Position numbers and translations under genes: made by a program
NCBI GenBank assembly: GCA_944392205.1
Contig: CALXVV010000028.1
Location: forward strand, 1-63,856
Origin: an uncultured Alphaproteobacteria bacterium
Lineage (GTDB): Bacteria > Pseudomonadota > Alphaproteobacteria > RF32 > CAG-239
Reading direction: 5' to 3'
Length of the DNA: 63,856 bases
The notes under the pieces: generated by a model
Database searches by the model: none
What the model was told of the DNA's origin: nothing
Seen by the model: the letters and a program-made list of their open reading frames with translations, nothing else
Shown: in pieces, positions 1-10,633 of the stretch
Layout: every line of letters begins with the position of its first letter
How positions within the stretch are numbered: the stretch's first letter is position 1

Positions 1-678
1 TTTGACCACAAAAAGTTTTTTAAATACCCTGATTTCGTTTTCGCTCACTTGACCGTCGGCTTTAGCCACTTTTGCGGCCAAACCGGCCATAGATTGAATA
101 AAAGAAACATGGCGGGCCTCTTTGGAGTGTCGCCAAAGCTTTAAGGGATTAATACCTTTCCAAAAATGCCTGATGGAATCAATCGGAATAAGGGTGGCGT
201 TCTCCATCCGATAATAGTCAACAAAGAACCCTATAATCACGCCACAAAAAAGGATAATCCGGCTCTGGCAGATAAAGCCGATGATCGCCCCGCCGATTTT
301 GCCCCAATGATTATCCCAAAAATGGTCAAATTTTTTGCGCCAACGAGTTGCATGGTGGCTCTTGGGCGTATCAAAAACAAAATGCCCGACAATAAAGAAC
401 AGAATAAAACCATCAACACCCCACAAGGTGCCGCCCAACAACATACCCCAGATTTTGCCCCAGAAGTTGCCGTCCAAACGGTTGTAGTAACGATAATATT
501 TATACGGCAGCATTAGGCGGATATTGTCATCAATAATGCTCAAGCGGCGCTCCAAGGAAACAATCAAATGCGTCCGATCAATCAGCATATGCCCCAAAAA
601 CATGCCGGCAAAAAAGCCCTCCGCGCCAAAAAGACGCAGACCAATAAGCGCGAGTGTAAGTTTTCCCAAAGGAGACAT
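1..678 (-). CDS. djlA: DjlA-like/TerB-domain co-chaperone, N-terminal part (runs off the window start; not in ORF track)
   Basis: Manual translation from ATG at 678 is open to position 1: MSPLGKLTLALIG...WGKIWG...GHFVFD...MAGLAAKVAKADGQVSENEIRVF. AKVAKADGxVSxxEI is the DjlA/TerB motif. The J-domain would lie outside the window. Confidence 0.75.
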   Translation of the reverse strand, partial: MSPLGKLTLALIGLRLFGAEGFFAGMFLGHMLIDRTHLIVSLERRLSIIDDNIRLMLPYKYYRYYNRLDGNFWGKIWGMLLGGTLWGVDGFILFFIVGHFVFDTPKSHHATRWRKKFDHFWDNHWGKIGGAIIGFICQSRIILFCGVIIGFFVDYYRMENATLIPIDSIRHFWKGINPLKLWRHSKEARHVSFIQSMAGLAAKVAKADGQVSENEIRVFKKLFVVK

Positions 679-754
679 TTAAGACATCAAACTTGTTACA
701 ACAATAAGACTGATTATAATCAATTTTTGCAAAAATAAAAGCTTTATTGCCCAG

Positions 755-1513
755 TTATAAGACGATTGCGCTCATTTCCACCGGAAAAGCGCCTTTTTGC
801 GTGACCAATCCGCGCAAAGTATTGCGCCTGAAGCTAAAATAGCCGTTAGCTTCATCAAAAGTATCAATGCCGGAGGCGGAAATATCCTTAATCCCCAGTG
901 TTTGCAATCGGCTGACGCAAAAGCCTTCCAAATCAAACTGCCAATGCCCCGGGCGCCCCGGCACAAAAAAACGTGCAAATGTTTTATCTTTGCTCACAAA
1001 AGTTTGGTAAAAAGTCTCATCCACTTCATAAGATTTTTGGCCGATACAAGGGCCCACCGCGGCGGCGATATTCTCAATTTTTGCGCCTTTTTCGAGCATG
1101 AGAGCGACAGTGTTTTCAATCACGCCGCCAAAAGCCCCGCGCCAGCCGGCATGAGCTGCGCCGATAACCCCGTGCTGATAATCTGCAAGCAAAACCGGCG
1201 CACAATCTGCCGTGCGAATACAAAGAACCGTGTCTTTTTTATCCGTCACCACGCCATCAACCTTCAGCCAATCAGGCGTTGGGGATTCGACATAAGCCAC
1301 ATTGCTTGAAACATCTTGTTTCAAAAGATTCAAACGGTCTGAGTGCAGACCAAAATAAGCCGCGACTTTCTCAAGATTTTGCCACACATGGGTGATATTA
1401 TCAGTGCCCTTGGTGCTGACATTTAAGCTAGCATAAATCCCTTGCGAAAAACCGCCTTGACCATCAAAAAAGCAATGTTTTTGCTTAGGCAGATTCGGAG
1501 CAAACCAACTCAT
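755..1513 (-). CDS. pgeF: PgeF/YfiH family purine nucleoside phosphorylase / laccase-domain protein
   Basis: Motifs TADCAPVLLAD, GAAHAGWRG, GPCIG..SYEV and YFSFRR. Confidence 0.9.
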   Translation of the reverse strand: MSWFAPNLPKQKHCFFDGQGGFSQGIYASLNVSTKGTDNITHVWQNLEKVAAYFGLHSDRLNLLKQDVSSNVAYVESPTPDWLKVDGVVTDKKDTVLCIRTADCAPVLLADYQHGVIGAAHAGWRGAFGGVIENTVALMLEKGAKIENIAAAVGPCIGQKSYEVDETFYQTFVSKDKTFARFFVPGRPGHWQFDLEGFCVSRLQTLGIKDISASGIDTFDEANGYFSFRRNTLRGLVTQKGAFPVEMSAIVL

Positions 1514-2715
1514 TTTCCCTCGCTCAAAAAAGATGTTCCATATTCAAAAGGCTCTAGCTTAAAGAATTCTGCCAAAGTCTGAGCAATATCGGCAAAAGTC
1601 TTGCGTTGACCGATATTAGCAGGTATCACCTTTTTGCCAAACATCAAAACCGGCACTTGCTCTCTGGTGTGATCTGACCCTTCCCAAGTGGGGTCGTTGC
1701 CATGGTCAGCAGTGATAAAGACAATATCATCATCTTGCAAAAGCGGCTCAATTTCAGGCAGGCGGCGGTCAAAACACTCCAAAGCTCTGGCATAGCCTTT
1801 CACATCGCGCCGATGCCCGTAAAGCATATCAAAATCCACAAAATTGGTAAACACCAAGCTACCCTCGGGCGCGGTTTTAATTTCATTTAAGGTTGCGTTC
1901 CAAAGTTCTTCCAAACCGCTGGCCAAAACCTTTTTACTGATACCGGAGCCGGCATAAATATCGCTGATTTTGCCAATGGCAATCACCTCATGGCCGGCAT
2001 CTTTGAGCTTATTTAAGATTGTCGGTGCAAAAGGCTTAACCGAGTAGTCATGACGGTTTTTGGTGCGGACAAATTCGCCTCTTTTCTCCCCCTCAAACGG
2101 GCGAGCAATAATACGGGCGATTCGATAAGGTTTAACCGCCTCAAAAGCAACCTCGCACAAATCATAAAGACGCTGCAAGCCAAAATATTTTTCATGAGCG
2201 GCAATTTGCAAACAGCTGTCTGCCGAGGTATAAAAAATCGGCTTTCCGGTCTTAATATGCTCCTCGCCAAGTTCTTGAATAATCTCGGTACCAGAGGCGG
2301 CTTTATTGCCCAAGATACCGTCAATCTTGGCATGAGCACAAATAGCATTAATCAACCCTTGCGGAAAAGAGGGATATTTCTTGGGAAAATAGCCCCATTC
2401 CTGCAACACCGGCACCCCGGCCATTTCCCAGTGGCCGGAGGTTGTGTCTTTGGCTTTGCTCATTTCCATGGCATGCCCATATTTGGATGGCAGTTTGAGC
2501 TTAGGCAAATCCTGGATTCCGATTTTAGCGGAATGTTTAACAGCCTCTCTGGCGGCCTTTGCAAGCCCAAGCTCCACTAAGTTTGGAACATTGAGCCCTA
2601 GATTTACTTGCGCGATATGGCCAAAAGTATCAGCCCCTTCATTGTCAAACAAACAAGCATCCGGCGCGCCGCCGATACCAAAAGAGTCCATCATTAAAAT
2701 GATTGCCCGAGCCAT
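1510..2715 (-). CDS. deoB: Phosphopentomutase
   Basis: MDSFGIG, KDTTSGHWE, FTNFVDFDMLYGHRRD, TADHGNDPT and HTREQVP. Confidence 0.96.
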   Translation of the reverse strand: MARAIILMMDSFGIGGAPDACLFDNEGADTFGHIAQVNLGLNVPNLVELGLAKAAREAVKHSAKIGIQDLPKLKLPSKYGHAMEMSKAKDTTSGHWEMAGVPVLQEWGYFPKKYPSFPQGLINAICAHAKIDGILGNKAASGTEIIQELGEEHIKTGKPIFYTSADSCLQIAAHEKYFGLQRLYDLCEVAFEAVKPYRIARIIARPFEGEKRGEFVRTKNRHDYSVKPFAPTILNKLKDAGHEVIAIGKISDIYAGSGISKKVLASGLEELWNATLNEIKTAPEGSLVFTNFVDFDMLYGHRRDVKGYARALECFDRRLPEIEPLLQDDDIVFITADHGNDPTWEGSDHTREQVPVLMFGKKVIPANIGQRKTFADIAQTLAEFFKLEPFEYGTSFLSEGK

Positions 2716-2792
2716 GATAAACCTCCCACTATTAAAGTCTATAAAGATTGTAGCAGGGATAGATTAATTTTCCACTTAAATTTAACACAACT

Positions 2793-3066
2793 CCCAAACA
2801 AGGCACCCAAAAATTTCGGCTGGTGGAATTTATAGAGTAATTTTGAAGGCGTTATACAACCTTTTGCAAAAAGGTTGGAGAATGGTTCAGATAGAGCGAT
2901 TTGAAAGGCAAAAGTATCGGAACCCAAACAATGCACCCAAAAATTTCGACTGGTGGAATTTATAGAGTAATTTTGAAGGCGAGAAAAATTCCAGTGTACA
3001 AATAGGTACATGAATTTTTCGAGACCGCACAAAATTTCATCTCAGAAAACCTCCAGACGGAATTTT
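2793..3066 (+). repeat. Mosaic cluster of RPE-like palindromic elements: type-A left half, type-B right end and left half, complete type A (2939-3066)
   Basis: 59-bp direct repeat at 2793-2851 and 2923-2981. Core GTGTAC-aaatag-GTACATGA. Segments match the 40019-40146, 55328-55452 and 63589-63753 copies. Confidence 0.85.
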
Positions 3067-4875
3067 TTATTGGTCGCCGATACGCAAAGCCTCAATAAAC
3101 GCGCTTTGGGGAACTTCAACCTTGCCGAACTGCCGCATTCTGAGCTTGCCTTTTTTCTGCTTATCCAAAAGCTTACGCTTACGAGTGACATCACCGCCAT
3201 AACATTTGGCCGTCACGTCTTTTCTCAAAGCAGAAATGGTCTCACGCGCTACAACTCTGCCGCCGATGGCTGCCTGAATGGGAATTTTGAACAAATGCCT
3301 GGGAATGAGGTCTTTAAGCCGCTCGCAAATTTGGCGTCCTCTGGATTCGGCCTCGCTTCTGTGGCACAAAAAGGCCAAGGCATCAACAGCTTCTTCATTG
3401 ATAAGAATTTGCACCTTAACCAGGTCAGATTCCTGATAGCCGGTCAGCTCATAATCAAAGCTGGCATAGCCGCTGGTGATAGATTTTAGTCGGTCATAAA
3501 AGTCAAAAACGATTTCGTTGAGCGGAATATTGTAGACAACCATCGCTCTGGAGCCGACATAGGTGAGTTCCACCTGCTCGCCGCGGCGCTCGGTACAAAG
3601 TTTTAAGACCGCACCAAGATAGGTGTCCGGCACCAAAATAGTTGCCTTAACCATTGGCTCTTCAATGGAGCGGATAAGCGTCGGGTCAGGCATATCGGCA
3701 GGGTTGTGGAGCGTGATGTTCTCACCGCTGGTCAAGTGAATCTTATAAGCCACAGAGGGGGCGGTTGTAATAAGATCAAGGTCAAATTCGCGGCCCAAAC
3801 GCTCTTGGATAATTTCCATATGCAAGAGGCCCAAAAATCCGCACCTGAATCCCAGTCCCAAGGCGGCGGAGTTTTCATTTTGATAATCAATGCTGGCATC
3901 ATTGAGTTTGAGCTTTGCCAAAGCATCTTTCAACAAGTCATATTGACTGGAATCAACCGGAAATATGGAGCAAAACACAACCGGCACCGAGGGCTTAAAG
4001 CCTTTGAGTGGTTCTGCGCAAGGTTTTTTATTATCGGTAATCGTATCTCCGATATGACAATCCCCGACACTTTTGATACTGGCAGTGATAAAGCCGACCT
4101 CGCCCGGATAAAGAGCCTCGACATCCGTCATTTTCGGAGAGAAAACGCCAACTTTTTCAACCTGATAAGTTGCGTTGTTAGACATCATTCTGATTTGTTG
4201 TTTTTTGCGCAAGATGCCATCGTGAATACGCACCAAAATAATCACGCCCAAATAGCTGTCATACCAGCTATCAATAAGCAAAGCCTTAAGCGGAGCATTT
4301 TCCTCGCCTTGGGGAGCGGGCAACCTGTGCACGATAGCTTCCAAGAGCTCCGGCACGCCAAGCCCGGTTTTGCCGGATGTTTCTATGGCATCAGAGGCAT
4401 CAAGCCCGATAACATCTTCAATTTGTCTTTTAACCTTTTCCGGATCAGCTGAAGGGAGGTCAATTTTATTTAAGACCGGCACAATTTCGTGGTTGTTCTC
4501 TATGGCCAAATAGACATTAGCCAAAGTCTGTGCTTCCACTCCTTGAGTAGCATCCACCACCAACACAGAGCCCTCACAAGAGGCCAGAGAACGAGAAACT
4601 TCATAAGAAAAATCCACATGCCCGGGGGTATCCATAAGATTGAGCTGATAAGTTTTGCCGTCTTTAGCCTTATAATTAAGACGCACGGTCTGAGCCTTAA
4701 TGGTAATACCGCGCTCTTTTTCGATATCCATATTATCAAGCACTTGCTCGGTCATTTCTCTTTTTTCAAGCCCGCCGCAAGCCTCAATCAACCTATCTGC
4801 CAGTGTAGACTTTCCGTGATCAATATGCGCAATGATTGCAAAATTACGAATTAGGTCCAGATTATGTTCACTCAT
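3067..4875 (-). CDS. lepA: Elongation factor 4 (LepA)
   Basis: [32 protein letters not shown] and C-terminal [14 protein letters not shown]. Confidence 0.98.
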   Translation of the reverse strand: MSEHNLDLIRNFAIIAHIDHGKSTLADRLIEACGGLEKREMTEQVLDNMDIEKERGITIKAQTVRLNYKAKDGKTYQLNLMDTPGHVDFSYEVSRSLASCEGSVLVVDATQGVEAQTLANVYLAIENNHEIVPVLNKIDLPSADPEKVKRQIEDVIGLDASDAIETSGKTGLGVPELLEAIVHRLPAPQGEENAPLKALLIDSWYDSYLGVIILVRIHDGILRKKQQIRMMSNNATYQVEKVGVFSPKMTDVEALYPGEVGFITASIKSVGDCHIGDTITDNKKPCAEPLKGFKPSVPVVFCSIFPVDSSQYDLLKDALAKLKLNDASIDYQNENSAALGLGFRCGFLGLLHMEIIQERLGREFDLDLITTAPSVAYKIHLTSGENITLHNPADMPDPTLIRSIEEPMVKATILVPDTYLGAVLKLCTERRGEQVELTYVGSRAMVVYNIPLNEIVFDFYDRLKSITSGYASFDYELTGYQESDLVKVQILINEEAVDALAFLCHRSEAESRGRQICERLKDLIPRHLFKIPIQAAIGGRVVARETISALRKDVTAKCYGGDVTRKRKLLDKQKKGKLRMRQFGKVEVPQSAFIEALRIGDQ

Positions 4876-5038
4876 TTTTTGACTTTAATCCCCAAAACTT
4901 CTCATAAAATTATTATTGAAAATACCCGAAAAAATAAATTTCGCAACCTAAATTTAATCAGATAATTTTCTATGGATTGACTATGAAGTGAAAATATGAC
5001 TATAATCAGAGTATAGGTATTATTTGGAGTATAATCAG

Positions 5039-5476
5039 ATGAGAAAGATGATTGACATTGATTTCGGCTCCACTCGCTATGATGAGTTGGTTGAACTGCG
5101 TTATAAAGTCTTACTGGAACCCTTAGGACTAAAATTCTTGGATTCGCACCGCCAAAAAGAGATGAATTATTTGCACATTGGTTGTGTTGAATGCTTAGAC
5201 GATAAATTAGTCGGAGGCCTAATGCTGGCTCCCGTGGATAATGACACTGTTCGCCTGCTTCAAGTGGCGGTAGATACCAAGTACCAAAGAGAAGGCATCG
5301 GCCGTGCCATGGTAGAATATGCCAAGCAGCGCGCCCGTGAGGCCGGTTATAAGAAGATGTTTATTCATGCCAGACTAACCGCCATTCACTTTTATGAAAA
5401 GATAGGTTTTCACCAAGAAGGTGATATTTTTGAGGAACAAGGCCTCACCTTTGCCAAAATGGTGATAGATTTATAA
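5039..5476 (+). CDS. GNAT family N-acetyltransferase
   Basis: QVAVDTKYQREGIGRAMV acetyl-CoA motif and FYEKIGF. ATG at 5039 follows GGAG. Confidence 0.88.
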   Translation: MRKMIDIDFGSTRYDELVELRYKVLLEPLGLKFLDSHRQKEMNYLHIGCVECLDDKLVGGLMLAPVDNDTVRLLQVAVDTKYQREGIGRAMVEYAKQRAREAGYKKMFIHARLTAIHFYEKIGFHQEGDIFEEQGLTFAKMVIDL

Positions 5477-5482
5477 AAATAG

Positions 5483-5503
5483 ACCCCGCAATTTGCGGGG
5501 TTT
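5483..5503. terminator. Intrinsic terminator hairpin between convergent GNAT and ettA
   Basis: ACCCCGCAA-t-TTGCGGGGT followed by T-rich sequence. Confidence 0.6.
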
Positions 5504-5510
5504 ATTGTGC

Positions 5511-7190
5511 CTAGCGCTCAAGTTTTTTATAGCGGATGCGGTGCGGCTTGGCAGCCTCCTCACCCAGACGGCGAACTTTGTCTTTTTCATATTCCTCAAA
5601 GTTGCCCTCAAACCATTCAACATGGCCGTCATCTTCATAAGCCAAAATATGGGTGGCCAAGCGGTCCAAAAACCAACGGTCGTGTGATGTCACGAGCACA
5701 CAGCCCGGATAGTTCATGATTCCTTCCTCAAGCGAGCGGAGAGTGTCGACATCCAAGTCATTAGTCGGTTCATCAAGCAAAATGACATTGGCTCCTTTTT
5801 TAAGCATTTTTGCCAAATGCACACGGTTTCTCTCACCACCTGAGAGCTGGCCGACCTTTTTCTGCTGATCGCCGCCCTTGAAGTTAAACTGCCCCACATA
5901 GGCGCGGGATGGAACCTCTTTTTTGCCCAATTGAATCATATCCAATCCGTCAGAAATTTCTTCCCACACGGTCTTGTTGGGATCAAGCTCATCTCTTGTT
6001 TGGTCGACATATCCAAGGTCCACGGTCTCGCCCAAGCGGATTTCGCCGGAGTCTGGTTTTTCCTGCCCGGTAATCATCTTAAACAGCGTAGTCTTGCCGG
6101 CGCCATTAGGGCCGATAATGCCCACAATTGCACCCTTGGGAATTTTGAAAGACAAATCATCAATCAAAACCCTGTCACCAAAAGATTTACTGATATGGTT
6201 AGCCTCAATCACCAAATCCCCCAAACGCTCGGTCATCGGAATTGTGATATTGGCGGTTGTAATTTTATCTTTGGTGGATTGTGCCAACAATTCATCATAA
6301 GCATTAATACGAGCCTTAGACTTTGCCTGTCTGGCTTTGGGATTTTTCTGAATCCACTCAAGCTCATTGGCCAAAATCTTTTGTCTGGCAGTTTCTTCTC
6401 TGGCCTCTTGCTCAAGACGTTTTTGTTTTTGCTGCAGCCAAGAAGAATAGTTGCCCTCATAGGGGATTCCCTGCCCGCGGTCAAGCTCCAAAATCCACCC
6501 CGTTACGTTATCCAAGAAATAGCGGTCGTGAGTAACCATAACCACTGTTCCTTTATAATCCTTAAGGTGATTTTCAAGCCAAGCAACCGATTCGGCATCC
6601 AAGTGGTTGGTGGGCTCATCCAAAAGCAACATATCCGGCTTTGAGAGCAGTAGGCGGCAGAGAGCCACACGGCGCTTCTCACCACCTGAAAGTTTGGTAA
6701 CATCCGTATCAGCCGGCGGGCAACGCAAAGCATCCATGGCAATCTCAATCGTGCGCTCCAAATCCCAGCCATTGCAGGCATCTATTTTTTCTTGCAGTTC
6801 GGCTTGCTCATTAATCAGGTTGTTCATTTCCTCATCGGTCATTTCCTCGCCAAAACGCATGGAAACTTCCTCAAACCTTTTGAGCAAATCTCTGGTTTCT
6901 GCCAAACCATCCATGATGTTTTCCATCACGTTTTTGCTTGGGTCAAGTTGTGGCTCTTGCTCCAAGTAACCAACCTTAATACCGTCTGCAGCCCAGGCTT
7001 CACCGTTAAAATCCTTATCCACCCCGGCCATAATCTTAAGCAAAGTAGACTTACCGGCACCGTTCACACCCAAGACACCGATTTTTGCCCCCGGCAGAAA
7101 GGAAAGTGTAATTCCCTTAAAAAGCTCTTTTCCGCCCGGAAAGACCTTGGTTAAATTTTGCATGACAAACACATACTGAACTGCAGCCAT
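5511..7190 (-). CDS. ettA: ABC-F translational throttle protein EttA
   Basis: Two ABC domains ([16 protein letters not shown]; [16 protein letters not shown]), SFLPGAKIG and C-terminal PHRIRYKKL. Start moved to MAAVQYVF based on SD spacing. Confidence 0.95.
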   Translation of the reverse strand: MAAVQYVFVMQNLTKVFPGGKELFKGITLSFLPGAKIGVLGVNGAGKSTLLKIMAGVDKDFNGEAWAADGIKVGYLEQEPQLDPSKNVMENIMDGLAETRDLLKRFEEVSMRFGEEMTDEEMNNLINEQAELQEKIDACNGWDLERTIEIAMDALRCPPADTDVTKLSGGEKRRVALCRLLLSKPDMLLLDEPTNHLDAESVAWLENHLKDYKGTVVMVTHDRYFLDNVTGWILELDRGQGIPYEGNYSSWLQQKQKRLEQEAREETARQKILANELEWIQKNPKARQAKSKARINAYDELLAQSTKDKITTANITIPMTERLGDLVIEANHISKSFGDRVLIDDLSFKIPKGAIVGIIGPNGAGKTTLFKMITGQEKPDSGEIRLGETVDLGYVDQTRDELDPNKTVWEEISDGLDMIQLGKKEVPSRAYVGQFNFKGGDQQKKVGQLSGGERNRVHLAKMLKKGANVILLDEPTNDLDVDTLRSLEEGIMNYPGCVLVTSHDRWFLDRLATHILAYEDDGHVEWFEGNFEEYEKDKVRRLGEEAAKPHRIRYKKLER

Positions 7191-7255
7191 TTTCATCTCC
7201 CAAAAATTATCAGATTGGCTTTGACTATACAGGTTAAAAAACAAAAAGCAACTTT

Positions 7256-7819
7256 TTAATTGCGGCGACGGCTGATTCGGCCGATTGTCGGCGGCGGCAA
7301 CTCGGCTCCGTTAGCCTGCGCAATCGCATCATCTTGAACTTTCACTTCCGTAATGGTGGCTTTAGAGCCGTTATAAATAGCCTTGGCCGCCTCACGATCT
7401 TTGTTGTTTTTATAAATATAGCGGGCATCATAAGGTTTGCGGGGCGTAAGTATTTGCCCGTCAGGCATTTTAATGGTTCCATCCACATAGAGCACCGCCT
7501 TAAAAATCTCTTGTCTGTCAAAACGGCGGTTGATTTCCGCACACTCAAAAAAGCCGTCTAATTCTTTAGAGATATAGGCATTGGCTTTTTCCTCGGAATA
7601 AGCATAGATAGCATCATTTTGGAGTTTGTCAGAAGGAGATTTGGTGAGCAATATTGCTCTGGCCAGCATCTCAAACGTATCATATTTTGAGGATCCGCAA
7701 GCCAACCCCTGCCCGGCGATTGCCCCCAGAGCGCGCACTTCTTCAATATAGGGCATTTGGGCATTGGCAAAAGCAACCGGCCACCAACAAAAAAGAGCAA
7801 GCAAGCACCATTTTTTCAT
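7256..7819 (-). CDS. Hypothetical exported protein
   Basis: 187-aa ORF with SD and signal peptide [20 protein letters not shown]. Confidence 0.7.
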   Translation of the reverse strand: MKKWCLLALFCWWPVAFANAQMPYIEEVRALGAIAGQGLACGSSKYDTFEMLARAILLTKSPSDKLQNDAIYAYSEEKANAYISKELDGFFECAEINRRFDRQEIFKAVLYVDGTIKMPDGQILTPRKPYDARYIYKNNKDREAAKAIYNGSKATITEVKVQDDAIAQANGAELPPPTIGRISRRRN

Positions 7820-7975
7820 CTGATATCTCCCGTTAAACTGTGCTCATTATATAAGATTTATCCCAAAAATCAAAAGCTATTCTCATTTTTTTAATAAAGA
7901 ATCTAAAAATTAAGTTGACAAAGCGTCTTATTTGTCATAAGTTGCGGATAACTTTTGACAGGTAAGGATAGAGAA

Positions 7976-8101
7976 ATGAAAATTTACAGCTCTTTAAAAA
8001 GCAAAAAAACTCGTGACAAGGACTGCAAAGTTGTCCGCCGCAAAGGTCGCGTTTATGTCATCAACAAAAAGAACCCTAAGTTAAAAGCACGTCAGGGCTA
8101 A
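7976..8101 (+). CDS. rpmJ: 50S ribosomal protein L36, zinc-free type B (not in ORF track)
   Basis: Translation [48 protein letters not shown] upstream and terminator at 8129-8158. Confidence 0.95.
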   Translation: MKIYSSLKSKKTRDKDCKVVRRKGRVYVINKKNPKLKARQG

Positions 8102-8128
8102 TTTGTTGTTTAGCTTTTATGGTTTTTG

Positions 8129-8158
8129 AAAAACCCGCTGTTTTCAGGCGGGTTTTTT
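8129..8158. terminator. Bidirectional intrinsic terminator between rpmJ and pyk
   Basis: AAAAACCCGC...GCGGGTTTTTT. Confidence 0.7.
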
Positions 8159-8243
8159 AGTGTTTTAAATTTGATTTTCTATAAATTTAGCGCGCAGTTT
8201 GACCTCTGCGCGCATAAACTTTATATCCTTTATCAATAAAGAA

Positions 8244-9668
8244 CTATTTGATATATACGGTATGGAGCATATTGGTCCGCCCTTTGACATTGAGCGGGAA
8301 CCCTGCGGTGATGATGATATGGTCGCCAGATTTGGCATAACCATTTTCAACCGCCACCTTAACCGCCGAGTCCTCAACATGGTCAAAGCTCTTAAAACTT
8401 GTTTTGTTAATAAAAGGTCTGACCCCCCAAACCAAAACCAATCGGCGCGCCACCGCGATATCAGGTGTCAAGGCCAAAACCGGCAAATATGGGCGCTCTC
8501 TTGCGGTCAAAAAGGTTGTAAGGCCTGATGTCGTGTAGCTGACGATAGCCTTTACGTTTTTCAAGATACAAGAAAGCTCGCTGGCGGCAAAGGTAATGGC
8601 ATCAGCCTCTCCGCTATTGCACGGACGACGGCGAGAAGTCTGCATAAGTTCAAAGAACAGTGGATCCCCTTCCACCTGGCGAACAATTTTATGCATCATT
8701 TGCACCGCCTCGGTCGGATATTTTCCGGCGGCAGTTTCTGCCGAAAGCATGACCGTGTCGGCTCCGTCATAAACAGCCGTAGCCACATCGGAGACTTCTG
8801 CTCTGGTGGGGGTTGGGTTATTAATCATGGATTCGAGCATTTGGGTGGCCACAATCACCGGTCTGGCGTATTTGCGGCAGGCGGCCACAATTTTCTTTTG
8901 CAAAACCGGAACATTCTGGATTGGGCATTCAACACCCAAATCACCACGTGCAACCATAATGGCATCAGATTCTTGAATAATGGCATCCAAATCATCAATC
9001 GCGCTTGGCTTTTCAAGCTTAGAGATAACCCAGGCTTTTCCGCCAATGAGCTTTTTGGCCTCACGCACATCTTCTGCTCTTTGCACAAAAGACAAGCCAA
9101 TCCAATCAACCCCGAGCTTCAAAGCAAAGGCCAAATCTTCACGGTCTTTCTCGGTAATGGCAGAAATATTGAGCTGGGTATTTGGCAAATTAACACCCTT
9201 GTGGCTGGAGATATAACCGCCGACTTTAACTTTTGTCACCGCATGTTTTTTATCACAGCTCTTAACGGTTAAAACAATATAGCCGTCATTAACCAACAAA
9301 TCATCACCGGGTTTCAAAGCTTCAAAAATTTCCTTATGAGGCAGGCAAACACGCTTGTCATCACCGGGTTCCGGATCCATATCCAAGGTAAAGATCTGGC
9401 CTTCTTTGAGCAAGACCTTATCTTCTTTGAAAGTGCCCACACGCAATTTTGGCCCCTGCAAATCTGCCAAGATAGAAATGAAACGCCCCTTTTCTTTCTC
9501 CAATTGGCGAATAATTTTTACACGCTGTTTGTGTTCGGCATGGGTGCCATGACTAAAGTTAACGCGAAAAGCATCTGCTCCGGCATCTATCAATTTTTCC
9601 AGTTGTTCGCGGGTAGCAGAAGAAGGGCCGATAGTGGCCAAAATTTTAGTGTGTGTATCTGTAGGCAT
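8244..9668 (-). CDS. pyk: Pyruvate kinase
   Basis: TKILATIGPSS, FRVNFSHG, DLQGPKLR, MVARGDLGVE, ATQMLESM and MLSAETAAG. Confidence 0.97.
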   Translation of the reverse strand: MPTDTHTKILATIGPSSATREQLEKLIDAGADAFRVNFSHGTHAEHKQRVKIIRQLEKEKGRFISILADLQGPKLRVGTFKEDKVLLKEGQIFTLDMDPEPGDDKRVCLPHKEIFEALKPGDDLLVNDGYIVLTVKSCDKKHAVTKVKVGGYISSHKGVNLPNTQLNISAITEKDREDLAFALKLGVDWIGLSFVQRAEDVREAKKLIGGKAWVISKLEKPSAIDDLDAIIQESDAIMVARGDLGVECPIQNVPVLQKKIVAACRKYARPVIVATQMLESMINNPTPTRAEVSDVATAVYDGADTVMLSAETAAGKYPTEAVQMMHKIVRQVEGDPLFFELMQTSRRRPCNSGEADAITFAASELSCILKNVKAIVSYTTSGLTTFLTARERPYLPVLALTPDIAVARRLVLVWGVRPFINKTSFKSFDHVEDSAVKVAVENGYAKSGDHIIITAGFPLNVKGRTNMLHTVYIK

Positions 9669-9826
9669 ATAAATTCTCCTCACATAAAAGATAGCACCAA
9701 TGTATATCATAATAAGTTAACAAGCTGTTATTTTTAACAGGTGATGCACAAAAAATTATCACTTGTCAAACAGATTCAAATTTGCTAGCTTCCATAACAA
9801 TATAGTTACCAAAAAAGGAGATTAAA

Positions 9827-10084
9827 ATGAGTGAAGAGAACAACCCTGAAGTCGGTGGCATTGCCGTAGATCGTTTGCGTTCTTTGGTTGAAAGAATTGA
9901 GCATTTGGAGGAAGAAAAGGCCGCTATTGCCTCAGATATCAGAGATATTTTTGCTGAGGCCAAGTCAGCCGGTTTTGATGTTAAGATTATGCGCGCCGTC
10001 ATCAAACTGCGCAAGATGAACGCAGCCGACCGCGATGAGCAGGAACTATTGCTTGAAACTTATCGTAAAGCACTTGATATCTAA
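9827..10084 (+). CDS. gapR: GapR-like nucleoid protein (DUF2312/UPF0335)
   Basis: RLRSLVERIEHLEEEKAAIASDIRDIFAEAKSAGFDVKIMR. Confidence 0.9.
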   Translation: MSEENNPEVGGIAVDRLRSLVERIEHLEEEKAAIASDIRDIFAEAKSAGFDVKIMRAVIKLRKMNAADRDEQELLLETYRKALDI

Positions 10085-10114
10085 AAGTAAGGCCCCTCTC
10101 AAAAGGGGCTTTAT

Positions 10115-10633
10115 TTATAACTGTAATACGATTCCCAACACCGCGGAAATGCAAAGATAAAAGATTGGACTCTTTTTCCAAAAGTGGATTGAGGCCAGAA
10201 GAATGGCAAACACCATTCCTGAGAGCAAGTCAGCCAAAGACAATTTGGCAATCTGCAATCCGGCAAATAAGATAAGCGCCAACACGGCGGGGCGTATTCC
10301 CGAGAGCACAGTCTGCACTCTGCTGTTGCACTGGTATTTATTCATCAATTTTGCCACCAAAATAATAACGATAACCGAAGGCGTCACCAGCCCCAAAGTA
10401 GCAATAACCGCTCCCAAAAGACCGGCACTGTTATAACCGGCATAGGTTGCCATATTCACACCCAATGGCCCGGGGGTCGATTCGGCAATGGCAATCATAT
10501 CGGCCAATTCTTTGGCCGAAAACCAACCGTATTTGGCAGAGAGATCGAACAAAAAAGGCACCGTAACCAACCCGCCGCCAATGGCAAACAAACCTATTTT
10601 AAAAAACTCATAAAACAAGAGCAGGTATATCAT
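10115..10633 (-). CDS. Short-chain chromate transporter (CHR family), second subunit
   Basis: FFKIGLFAIGGG and AESTPGP motifs. Confidence 0.9.
   Translation of the reverse strand: MIYLLLFYEFFKIGLFAIGGGLVTVPFLFDLSAKYGWFSAKELADMIAIAESTPGPLGVNMATYAGYNSAGLLGAVIATLGLVTPSVIVIILVAKLMNKYQCNSRVQTVLSGIRPAVLALILFAGLQIAKLSLADLLSGMVFAILLASIHFWKKSPIFYLCISAVLGIVLQL

Noticed and set aside
166-516. 116-aa plus-strand ORF
   Set aside because: Antisense to the DjlA-like gene on the minus strand.
2739-3032. 97-aa ORF (also 39947-40240 and 47382-47627)
   Set aside because: These lie within palindromic repeat elements and have no RBS or protein-like features.
9717-9731. Possible CtrA box TTAA-N7-TTAT between pyk and gapR
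   Set aside because: Imperfect match in AT-rich DNA; not distinguishable from chance.
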